64,000 bases of DNA from the NCBI GenBank assembly GCA_947169045.1, contig CAMVOC010000002.1, positions 17,762 through 81,761 on the forward strand, given 5' to 3'. The translations under genes were made by a program, and so were the position numbers. Of this stretch, positions 36,754-47,408 are shown in pieces. The DNA comes from an uncultured bacterium. Its GTDB lineage: Bacteria; Patescibacteriota; Gracilibacteria; Absconditabacterales; Absconditicoccaceae. Within the stretch, counting starts at the first letter, position 1. Every line of letters begins with the position of its first letter. The notes below the pieces were generated by a model. The model was not told the origin of the DNA. It saw nothing but the letters and a program-made list of their open reading frames with translations, and made no database searches.

Positions 36754-38085
36754 ATGAAAATACAATTATCCGAACATTTCAATTATAAAAAACTCCTAAC
36801 CTTCACAGCTCCTACAATAATTATGATGCTCTTTAATTCTATCTACTGAGTAGTAGATGGTTTTTTTGTATCAAATTACGTCTGAAAAGATGCATTCACA
36901 GCTGTAAATTTAACCTTTCCTGTGATTATGATCATCGCATCAATTGGGTTTATGGTAGGAAACGGAGGAAGCGCCTTGATTTCAAAAACACTTTGAGAAA
37001 AGAACATAGAATGAGCTAAAAAATATTTCTCAATGCTTGTATATTTCCTAATTATCTGCTGAATAATCGTAAGTATCGCCTGATTCTTCTTGATCGAGCC
37101 TATCATGACGATGTTAAAAGCGTCAGGAGACGTTTTAAGTAACTGTATTATCTATGGAAGAGTGCTATTCTTGTCATTGGTCTTTTTTATGCTTCAGCAC
37201 GTATTTCAGAACTTTTTTATAGTAAACGAGAGGCCTGATTTATGACTAAAAGTGGCAGTCATCATGTGAATCATGAATATTCTCCTAGATTATATTCTGA
37301 TTTATATATTAAAGTTATGAATTTTATGAGCTGCATTAGCCACCGCAGTAGCCCAATTCTTAGGAGCAACGATCCCATTGATCTACTTCATAACGAGTAA
37401 AACATCGAAATTAAAATTTGTAAAAACAAGACTAGAAGTATTACCTATCATAAAAAGCTGTATCAATGGAAGCAGTGAAATGCTGACTACGTTCTCTATG
37501 TCATTACTCAACATTTTATTCAATTACCAACTCATTAAATTTTTCGGCAATGACTGAGTTGTCGCCTATGGAATTATTATGTACGTAGGTTTTATCTTCA
37601 CGGGAATGTATTTAGGATATTCATTCGGAGTAACGCCTATCGTAGGATATAATTATTGAGCAAAAAATGCTAAAGAATTAAAAAATATCTTATTCAAAAG
37701 TAGTCAGATTTTATTTCTAGCTGCGATTATCCTGAGTTGCTCTGCTGAGATTTTTTCAGGATTTCTTGCAAAAATCTTCGTGAGCTATGATGCTAATTTA
37801 TTAGCATTTACAACCAAAGCCATCAGACTCTACGCTTTAGGATATATTGTACAATGGATAAATATCTTCTGATCAGCTTTCTTTACTGGTTTAAACAACT
37901 GAGTAGTATCAGCAACCATTTCATTTTTGAGAATGTTTGTATTCCAAATCATTATGATCTTTGCTATTCCCTATATATTTGGTAGTGAGTGGATTTGGGT
38001 ATCCACAACTTGTGCAGAGGTGCTTTGAGCTTGTGTGACTATCAGTTTCTTGATCGGAATGAGAAAGAAGTATGGGTATGTGTAG
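36754..38085 (+). CDS. MATE-family multidrug/oligosaccharidyl-lipid efflux transporter
   Basis: 444 codons with no TAA/TAG but 15 in-frame TGA (all codons checked). About 12 TM helices. N-terminal APTIIMMLFNSIY-G-VVDGFFV is typical of MATE. Because of the TGA density, the track shows no ORF on this strand at all. Confidence 0.85.
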
Positions 38086-38091
38086 ATTTTT

Positions 38092-38127
38092 GAAATTCTC
38101 CGAATTAAGGGGAACTTCTATTTTTTT
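38092..38127 (+). terminator. Rho-independent terminator after the MATE gene
   Basis: Stem GAAATTCTCC / GGGGAACTTC (8 of 10 paired) followed by T7. Confidence 0.6.
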
Positions 38128-38198
38128 AAAAAAGCAATAAAAGATCTATTTTATAATATCTTACTTGATTTTTTAATAAAGATTTCTATTATGAAATC

Positions 38199-38349
38199 GC
38201 AGATAATCAAGTAAAAAAGTATTTGGTCAAACCAAACGCTATTTTTTAACCAAGAAATTAAGCATCCTATTGATGGTTAATCTTGGTTGAGAGAAACTCG
38301 TTTTTGATCAAATACTTGATTATCTGCACCCATCATTAGGGTGCTTTTT
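38199..38349 (+). ncRNA. Candidate structured RNA / attenuator: long imperfect hairpin plus intrinsic terminator
   Basis: Perfect 15-nt arms GCAGATAATCAAGTA (38199-38213) and TACTTGATTATCTGC (38313-38327). The pairing extends through GTATTTGGTCAAA / TTTGATCAAATAC. Inner hairpin TTAACCAAGA / TCTTGGTTGA. Then GCACCC-ATCATTA-GGGTGC-TTTTT (38326-38349). Confidence 0.45.
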
Positions 38350-38364
38350 ATAACACAAAAAGTC

Positions 38365-38393
38365 CTTAATGCTTTTACATCACAAGCATTAAG
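38365..38393 (+). promoter_or_regulatory. Hairpin ending 1 nt before the methyltransferase start codon
   Basis: Perfect 10-bp stem CTTAATGCTT (38365-38374) / AAGCATTAAG (38384-38393). ATG at 38395. Confidence 0.5.
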
Positions 38394-38394
38394 C

Positions 38395-39258
38395 ATGAAT
38401 TACAAGCCGTTTGTAAAACGGGTCTGATGAAAAAGACAGTTATTAGAACAATTTAAAAACTTATATCCCAAAGATTTCAACGAATATTATGAACCATTCG
38501 TATGAGGGTGAGCGGTATTCTTCGATCTCAGGATCAATTTCTGATCGAAGTTTACAGCTCGCCTTTTTGATTTAAACGAAGAATTAGTAGTTACATATAA
38601 TATTGTGAAAAATGACACAGATAAGCTAATCCACTTATTAAAAATTTTTCAAAATAAACATTCAAAAGATTTTTTTATAGAAATTAGAAGCCGAGATAAA
38701 AATGCAAATTTCAAAAATGAAAAATCAAAAATAGAAAGAGCTGCAAGATTTATTTACCTTAACAGAACCTGCTTTAACTGAATGTACAGAGTAAATTCAA
38801 AATGAGAGTTCAATGTTCCATTTTGAAAATACTCTAATCCGAAAATTTGTGATGAAGAATGACTTTATTTAGCTAAAGAAGCATTACAAAATACTACAAT
38901 AGAAAATGCAGATTTTTCAATAGTAGAGAGACAAGCTAAAAAATGAGATTTTGTATATTTTGATCCTCCTTACGATGTTTTAACTGATACAGCGAATTTT
39001 ACAGATTATAATAAATGATGATTTGGTAGAGATGAGCAGGCAAGATTATTTAATACTTTTGATAAATTGAATAAAAAATGCTGTTATACAATGCTTTCAA
39101 ATCACAACACTCCATTTATTCGTGATTTATATAGGAGTTATAGAAAAGAAATAGTTTTAGCAAAAAGAATGATAAATTCAAATGCAACTAAAAGATGAGC
39201 GATTGAAGAAATCGTAGTTTTAAATTATCAAAATTTAAATGAAAAAGATAAAAAATAA
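38395..39258 (+). CDS. Dam-like (D12 class, alpha group) N6-adenine DNA methyltransferase
   Basis: MNYKPFVK-[CGG]-V-[TGA][TGA]-KRQLL (KWAGGK motif). EPFV-G-G-G-AVF. FIYLNRTCFN-G-MYRVN. FNVPF-G-KY. FDPPY (38962-38973). 13 in-frame TGA (all codons checked). TAA at 39256-39258. Confidence 0.9.
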
Positions 39259-40519
39259 CGATATAGCATGGGAAATATTATTTGATAGATTTAAAATTTT
39301 AGAACAGATAGAAAAAAATTGAATTTTTCAAATTACAGCAGATCAGATAAAAGAAGAAAGAGAACCAAGGTTAATGACAAAATTTGATCATGCTGATGAT
39401 TTACCAAAAATTTTTAAGAAAAACCATATTTCAATATTACCAATAAATCGTTGAACATATGTATTATGAAAGTTTTCAACCCATGAAAATATAAAATATG
39501 ATGAAAATATACCATTTCATAAAATAAATTTAAGACCAGACCTTGAAAGTTTAAATGTAAAAGATTTATTTTCAGAAGCTGTAGCATTAAATTATGCTCT
39601 TGCGACAGGTATGTTGAGAGAGATTGTTGGAGAAGATTGTGAATTAACCGTATCGTGAAAAATGTCCTCATCAAAATTTGAATTTAATGTACAAGATTCA
39701 ATTTATGAAAAAAAATATTTGATTGAGGTTGATAAAGCTCAAGTAGAAATTGATTGATGATATGAATCTACAAATAAATTAATGATTATTGAAGCTAAAA
39801 AATGAAAGTGTGATGATTTTATTATTAGACAATTGTATTATCCATATAGATTACGAAAAGAAAAAATAGATAAGGAAATCGTCCCAGTGTTTATGACAAT
39901 ATCTAATGGAATTTTTAGTTTTTTTATTTTTAAATTTGAAAACAAAAGTGATTATAATTCGATACGTTTAATAAAGCAAGTTAATTATGCAGTTGATTTT
40001 GAACCGATAACAAAAGATGATATAAATTATATAGTTAATAATATAAAGATTATAGATGAGCCAAGAGTTCCTTTTCCACAAGCAAATGATTTTGAAAAAT
40101 GTATCAATATTTTGGAAATATTAAAAAGTTGAGAAAAAACAAAAGATGAAATTAAAGATGAGTATAATTTTGTTATAAGGCAATCTCATTATTATGTTGA
40201 TGCTGATAAATATTTATGATTAGTTCAAGACAATAAGAGAACAGTTTACCTTACAAAATTATGAAAAAAAATAATTTCAAGTCCAAGAAAAGAGAGAAAT
40301 TTATTATTAATAAAACAGATATTTTCTCATAAAATTTTTATGGAAGCTTATAAATATAAAACCAAAAAATGAAAAATTAATAAAAACACCTTAGTAAATA
40401 TGATGAAATCTTGTGATTTATATAATATATGATCTGATGTAACATTTGGTAGAAGAGCATCAACAATTACTTGACGATTAAAATGGATTGATAAAACAAT
40501 AAACGAAAAAGAACTATAA
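39239..40519 (+). CDS. Putative type II restriction endonuclease, PD-(D/E)XK fold (426 aa)
   Basis: ATG 39239 overlaps the methyltransferase 3' end by 20 nt. 13 in-frame TGA and no TAA/TAG (all codons checked). VEID-GG-YESTNKLMIIEAKK fits D-x13-E-x-K. The C-terminal ~130 aa look like a helical/wHTH domain. No family name could be assigned from memory. Confidence 0.6.
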
Positions 40520-40588
40520 CATTTTTTCATTTAAACCTCTACTCCACACAATAACATCTTCCATCAATAAACAGCTCCACAAACCAAA

Positions 40589-40617
40589 CAAAAAAAGCCA
40601 CAACTCCCGTCGTGGCT
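40589..40617 (-). terminator. Rho-independent terminator after obg
   Basis: On the minus strand: AGCCAC-GACGGGAGTT-GTGGCT followed by a T-run. Confidence 0.65.
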
Positions 40618-40636
40618 ATCTATACCACAGCTCATC

Positions 40637-42118
40637 CTAATACACAATATATCTATCATCCAATCCCTCATAATAACTCTTAATTTTCAGCACGTCTCCC
40701 TTTCTCATCCCTTCCGCTTCTAATAACTCAATAAACCCTTTCTGCTGAAGTTGCTTCCAAAACCACATTTCAGCCTCATCATTTCCCCATGGAGTAATGA
40801 AAACCAGCCTACAAACCTCAGGATTTTGAACTAAATACACATTGAGATAAGTTGAAGTAACCTCATCCAAATAATCATGCTCAATCAGCCAAGGCTTCTC
40901 TTCTTCTGTCACATCTACAATCATATCTTCCTCATCAGCTTCAACAGGCAAAATCGGCTCAACATCCGGCATCTCTTGAGCTGGGAGCCTTTGCAAAAGA
41001 CGAGCTAAAGCTTGTTTCCACGCTTCTATTCCCTGCATTGTACCTGCAGAAGTAACAAAAAGATTATTCCTGATCAAATCTTCAGAAAGCTTAGCATACT
41101 GATGCTCTTCTAAAAAGAGAGAAAATCTGGCTACAAACTGCTTTTTGTACTCCTCCAAGACTTCATCATCATTAACCAAGTCGCACTTATTAAGGACAAA
41201 AAGAATCTTTTTGGAAATGAGTAATTCATCATTTGCATACACATTAAAAGCAATCAGATTTTCTTCCTGTTCAAAAGCAAAGTAATACTCTCCTTCATCA
41301 TCCAAAATCTTCTCCTCAATATACTCTTTAATCTCATCAAAAAGTTCCAAAGTCTCTCAAATCCCCTTATCATACCTAGATAAATCTGCAACCATAGCGA
41401 AAAGCCTCGCTTTCAGGACATGACGCAAAAAATCATTACCAAGACCTTTCCCATCAGAAGCCCCTTTAATCAATCCAGGAATATCTACCATATTAAACCT
41501 AAAATCCCCAACCGTAACAGACCCCAAATTAGGAATCAACGTCGTAAAAGGATAATCCGCAACCTTCGCTTTCGTCGAAGAAACACAGTTAATCAAAGAA
41601 GACTTTCCAACACTAGGATTTCCTATCAGTCCAACGTCTCCCAAGAGTTGAAGCTCTAAAATTAATTCTTTTTTATGACCAGGTTCTCAAAGGAGAAAAA
41701 AATTCGGGAATTGACGAACGGAATCCTTGAAATGAATGTTTCCCTTTCCACCAGAACCTCCTGGAAGTGCAGTCCATTCCTCGCCATCACGAGTAAAATG
41801 ATGTAATACCTTTCCAGTATCAGCATCTTTCACCAGTGTCTCTACTGGAACCGTTAAAATCAGATCCTCAGCATCTGCACCATATTGATCCTTCGTCCTA
41901 CCACTCTCGCCATTATCAGCTTTATAATTCTTTTTATACTTAAATTCTAGCAAAGTATCTTCATCCTTACTTGCCTGAAAAACAATGGAGCCACCACGAC
42001 CTCCATCTCCTCCATTAGGTCATCCACGAGGGATACCAGGAGCTCTGTATCCACTGGCAATTCCATTTCCTCATTTACCAGATTCTACCGTAATTTTAAC
42101 TTCATCATAAAATTGCAT
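40637..42118 (-). CDS. obg: GTPase Obg/CgtA with C-terminal OCT domain
   Basis: Track ORFs 40637..41350, 41357..41644 and 41687..41953, plus the N-terminus, share one frame (gaps checked). Motifs: GK-G-GNG, GGDGGRGGS, GNPSVGKSS, DIPGLI, NKCD. Confidence 0.95.
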
Positions 42119-42165
42119 ACCTCCTATATAGTAATCTCCATATAAAAATCTAGAGCATTTTTCTG

Positions 42166-44376
42166 TTAACTACCCTTGTTGCCCTTCTTGCGTGCCAGCG
42201 AAGCTAAAAACGCATCCATTTGTTTAAAATTATCAAAAGTGGAAACCCAAAACGTCAAATGATGCAACAAAAATTTATCCAATACAATTCATAAATTAAT
42301 ATTTTTCTCATTACGAAGCACTTCTAGCTGTTTTTCTTTATACTGACTATCCCATCCCGAAGACAATTCTGTAGCTTTCTGGCTTTCTCACTCATAATCT
42401 GTTTGTGCCAGGACATTATTATCCAGCTTAGCAATAAGCGATTGAATCACGACATTAGCATCGATTGACTGCCAAGTTAATAATCACTGAGCATCAGAAG
42501 AGTCCTCCTTGCTGGTTGAAGAATCTTGATTGGTAGATTTCACACTCGAATCCACAGTAAAGACAAACATATCCGAGAAATTAATGTTTTTCGTCGTGCT
42601 ATCCAGCATTTCTTTCTGTTTAGTCCAAGTTCAAAGTTCTCAGCTCTTATCTAACGCATCCAATACTCCATACACCTCAGAAATAATCTTCTCAAAACTA
42701 TACACAATAATTCCATTGGCATCAAAAAAGTGATTCGTAGTTGGAACTGCACAATATTTAATCCTCAAAATTGGTCAAAGTTCAGGATCAGTTTCTGGGT
42801 TTCGCAAAGGGGAATCCCGCATATTACAAGTACATGTTATCTTACAAGCTAATTCCTCATCAATCCTCAAATCATCACATTTTGCAAGACACTTTTTCGC
42901 TTCTTCAAGATTTTCCTGCTCTGCAGGCGAACGAATAGAAGAAACTTTTGCCAAGGCAGAACCCGCCGTTCAAAATTTATCCTGAAATTCAAACAAAAAG
43001 GTTCCATTTTCGGCAAACGTATACGTAGTCGAACCGTGATTATTGGTAACTACCACATCAGCATGATTAAAACTAATCGTTGCATCCACTGTTCCTGTCG
43101 TAGTTCTAGCTGGAGTATAGGTAATCGTCGCTTTAATCCTTCCAACCGTAGCAGTCGTTGGTTTGGTGGTATTCAACACATCGACCTGAGGCTCAGTAGC
43201 TAAAACATCCTGTACATACTGGAGAAAATCTGCGACTCCCACCTCATCCAAAGAAAGATCTCCTCATCACGACACCGTAGTTGATGAATCTTGATCAGTT
43301 TCATCCTCATCTTCATCCTCAGCACAAGGATCTTTACCAATATCAGACACTTGATCATCACCAAAAGAAGAAGGCTGACCTCCTTCTTGTGCGTCTAAAA
43401 ACGTAGTAAACTCGTCATCTCGTCCAAGTCAATTTCGTCATTCTGCAGCATCACCGCTCGAAAATGAAGTTGATGAAGTATTGTTATCCCCATCCCCTTT
43501 CGCATTCGATTCTAATGAATTCGTACCGCCATCAGAAGCCGAATTTTGAGATGTTTTATCCCCTTTATCTCAATCTTGTCCTTGTCCTCTAAAGATTGGC
43601 ATTTTATAGTATGCGATGACAAAGGATTCCTTAATATCTTCAAAAAAGACTTTAGCTAGCACATTAAGATCAAAAAGCAGATCAAAAGGAGAATCTTCCT
43701 CTGCATAAGCAGAGCTCCAATTCCAAAATTTATCCTGTCCAAGTTGAGCATTTTGTACTTGTTGGAGACGAGAAGTCTGCTGAATACCCACATTATACCA
43801 GTTATTAAATTTATCCCTACAGTCCGTCATCACATCTCCACGGAAAATAGTTCCCGTACCAGAACCAGGGTAATAACACCGATTAAAAGCTTTACAAGCA
43901 GTTTCTGCAGATGTTCTATTTTCCTTGAAGTCTATAGCATGAAAGGTATTCCTAGAAACCTGTAACGCCATATTGCTACGAAAATCATTATTAAAATAAT
44001 ACAAAATCGCAGTAATATCATCATTACTCAGAAAGCACTGTTGCAACGCTAGCTGATCCTGAATCATCTGAATCCCCCCAAGCGCAATATCTATATCAGC
44101 ATTTTCTATCTCTTGAACAATATCACTAAAAGGATTTTCTGGGAAATGCACATCATACACGCGGTCTAATCACTGGTTCTGTTTGGCTCTTTTGCTATCC
44201 AACGTATGCATCAACCATCTCGAAATAGCCAAATCTATCGTCAATTCCCCTTTCTCCCAAGTACTACCAATCGTACCAAAACCCAAAGAAACAGAAGCAG
44301 CAAAAACACCCCAACTCGTGAGGACTATCCCAGCACTAATACTCAAGATAAGTTTTTTAATTCGCTGCCTGTGCAT
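42166..44376 (-). CDS. Hypothetical secreted protein C (736 aa) with acidic linker, Ig-like beta domain and Cys-rich modules
   Basis: Track ORFs 44170..44376, 43570..44160 and 42970..43251, plus 42166-42969, share one frame. All gaps were checked and hold only TGA. N-terminal anchor ILSISAGIVLTSWGVFAASVSLG. TAA at 42166-42168. Confidence 0.8.
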
Positions 44377-45529
44377 TTCTCAATTTTTCATATAAAGCAT
44401 AAAAAGGAGACAAGAGTTTGCTTGCATCATCTCTCAGTCGTAGCAACGCCTCTTGATACCAAGCTAAACCAACATGGACAGGATAAGAAGCCGAGAATTC
44501 CTGCCATTCACGCAAAGCTGTTTGTAACGCCTGTTTTAATTCTTGCCTTTGTTGTTGCATCACACTCAATTCTAAAGCATATTGATCTGCAAGAGTTTTA
44601 TCTGTATCCTCTTTAGATATCGCCTTAGACTCTGCCTGTGTAGCCAGCCATTGTGTGTACACATCTACAAATACACTATAAACCAGATATTCATTCGTAA
44701 TAAAAGAAACAAAATCCTGATCCATTTTCCCTGCTCATGTTCCAATCCAATTAGGAAGAGGATAATTAGCATTTTGCGTCTCTTGAGGGACTTTAAGTTT
44801 TTTAACCTTTTCCAGACGTTCCTTCATCTCTTCCTGATTATCAGTCAACATCTCTTTAGTATCTTCATACAGTTCTGAAACACCATAGAGCTTAGAATCG
44901 ATCGGCACCGAAAAATACGTTTTAAAGAAATCCTTGAACCTCGTATCTTCATCCGGAAAATTCTTTGGATCTAACACGTCCAAACTACTCGCCCATTTTA
45001 TAACAAAAACTTCATTCATCAAAACAGTAAAAATATTTCAAGCAAGATGAGCGACATCGCAATTATTCGTTTGTTCTCCAACCTTACACGAATCTTTTTT
45101 TTGAAAAGCAATAAAATCCCAAGCCTCCTCAGTGAACGAATCAAACCAGGATTTCTCTTTTCGCTCCCAGTCTTCTCGAAACTTATCCTGAAACAACAAA
45201 CCTACACCATCAACCTCCTCTCCCCACCGAGACGTACATAACGCCAAAACAAATAAAGAGTTTTTGAAATCCCAACGAGCATTTTCTCCTGAAAACACAA
45301 GAGCATTTTCTTCTGAAAGAGCTCCACTACAATACTTAGATACAAAGTCTTTTTTTGAGCTAGTAGTAGAAAGAGAACTATACACATTCCCCAATTGCGT
45401 CGCAAACCCTGGCCCCTCTTCTGCAAAAACACTGCCTCAAATAAAGCAAAAAGAAAATAATATCGCTACCACACACATCAAAAAACCACCTAGCACCTTT
45501 CATCATGTAGAAGGAAACGTAGTCCTCAT
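44357..45529 (-). CDS. Hypothetical secreted protein B (about 390 aa)
   Basis: Track ORFs 45038..45394, 44735..45022 and 44357..44725 share one frame. The upstream extension gives MRTTFPSTGGKVLGGFLMCVVAILFSFCFIGGSVFA, a signal peptide. The start could instead be ATG 45566-45568. Overlaps gene C by 20 nt. Confidence 0.72.
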
Positions 45530-45597
45530 AGCAACAAATCTGTGATAAAATAAATTTTTATAGTTCATAACCGATAATCAAATAAATAAAGGGTATA

Positions 45598-47190
45598 TTA
45601 ACATTTCACATTACAAGCATCATTTCACTTATTACTAGCCTGATACTTACAAATCTCTACCAGCTTTTGACACATACCAGACTGTTTGTTTTTGATTAAC
45701 TCATCAAGCTGATGTATCTGATCTACTATCGCATGGAAAAGCGGAGTTTGTACCGAGGTATCCACTGCTATACTCATTTCTTTCGTCTGACGAGCCAATT
45801 CATCCGCATCATTCACAGAGACAATGAGTTGTTGCTGTAAACCGTCTTTAAAATCTTTCGAATATTCTATACCAAACTGTTGTAGATACTGACGTCTCTC
45901 TTCAGGAGACAACTGACTAAACAATACATCTGCTCATTTAACATCATTATTCATCTCTCTCAAGAAATTCCATCAATCTTCTACACCAGCGATAAATTCA
46001 CTAATTCCAGACGACGAAGTCTCAACGACAGAAGAAACTCTTTTTTTAGTATCATTTCGAGCCTTTTTCCAGCCTCACAAAGGAGTAATTAACGATCTCA
46101 AACCTCCAAGCTCACGAGTTGTCATTTGTGTTGTATCGATTCCATATACTGTTCTTAATTGTTGTAACTCTACATCTGTAAAATACACATTTCCACCCAA
46201 AAATCCTAAAGGTCAAAGCGTATCCCACCCAAGTTCTCATCTCTTACCTCACAAAATCGCATACATCAATCTCTTCGTCGCAGAACTAATCGTCTGCCAA
46301 GACTTAGTTGCAGCAGTTCAAATCTGAGAAATCTTTCCTAAATCTCTCAAGGTTTGCTTTCGAAAATTATTACAAGACTGATACAATCCCAGCGTACTAA
46401 GACCTCCCCATAAGAAACTATAATCATCATCAATTTGTTGTATCCATTCAGGATCAAATCCCGCATTAAATAACGCATTAAAATCTCATTTCAAAACATA
46501 ACTTCCACCCCAAGTAACAAACTTTTTCATAGAAGCGTTCATCCTAATCAATGCGGACAAAATACCAAGATAAGACACATTATGAGTCTCTTGAACACCC
46601 GTAAATAAGCCCAAATCCTGATATTTCTTAACCACAGTATACAATTTTTCTGGATTTTCTAAGTTAGCCATGATACGCGTCTGTTTTCAGAGATAATAAG
46701 AAATCTGCATCAACTTAGTCTCTATCTCTAATAATGTCTTATAATCACGCACCATCGGCCTATCCTCAAAAAGTAGTCTAAGACCATCCAAATTACTCCC
46801 TATCACCGACAGAGCCGACAATCAAACGAGCACCGCAGTCGTAGTCGAGGACTGAAGAACTCTTAAAACGTTATTGTACAAAGTAGTTAAAATAACATCT
46901 ACAACAGCATTCTTAGTTTCTGGATGAAGATCCAAGACTTTTGAAGTAAAAAGCCCGAGAGGATTGACCGTTACATTAAACAGCTTCTCTCCCAAGACTC
47001 CACCAAGCAAAGTTTGAGCCATCTCTGCCTGAAAATCAAAATACAGTTGCATGGCAGGAGTAGGTCAATGACACACATCAGGAGCATCAGCACTGACATC
47101 TGCAGCATCAACAACAGAAAAAAAAGGCTGAATCAATCAACAGAACAAGACACACAATAAAAATACTGATTTTGTAAGAGATTTTTTCAT
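45598..47190 (-). CDS. Hypothetical secreted protein A (530 aa)
   Basis: ATG at 47188-47190, signal peptide MKKSLTKSVFLLCVLFC. Track ORFs 46822..47052, 46486..46671 and 45625..45924 are joined only by TGA (every gap codon checked). Cys-rich C-terminal tail. TAA at 45598-45600. Confidence 0.8.
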
Positions 47191-47255
47191 CTTTTAAGTA
47201 TAAACGTTTTGTAAAAAAATCACAATCTCAGCAATACAAAGCCAAAAAAAATCTA

Positions 47256-47283
47256 TTGACTTTTTATTTTTTTGAATTATAAT
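47256..47283 (+). promoter_or_regulatory. Putative sigma-70 promoter of nrnA
   Basis: TTGACT (47256-47261), 16 nt spacer, TATAAT (47278-47283). Confidence 0.6.
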
Positions 47284-47408
47284 AAAGAATACTCTGACGA
47301 AAAAATAAAAGGTTCTTGTACTGGATTTCGTGAGGAAAATTGGTAAGATAAACAGATACTCAAAAAGACCGCCTAATCGATCAGTTTACTACATAACATC
47401 ATAACATA

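Larger units (their letters stand above)
36700..40530. other. Low-GC genomic island (MATE transporter, structured leader, restriction-modification pair)
   Basis: GC content is visibly lower by eye than in the flanking rpsP and obg regions. The island is bounded by terminators on both sides, and its genes carry very high TGA densities. Confidence 0.6.

Noticed and set aside
36876-37106. 76-aa minus-strand ORF, the only track ORF in the 36.7-38.1 kb region.
   Set aside because: It is antisense to the 444-codon MATE gene, which is free of TAA/TAG and has a MATE-like TM pattern.
39414-40530. Minus-strand track ORFs 39414..39674 and 40348..40530.
   Set aside because: They are antisense to the nuclease gene in extremely AT-rich DNA, where spurious ORFs are expected.
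47284-47408. A possible riboswitch in the 125-nt leader of nrnA.
   Set aside because: I could find no convincing conserved stem architecture or known aptamer motif by eye, only weak partial complementarity.
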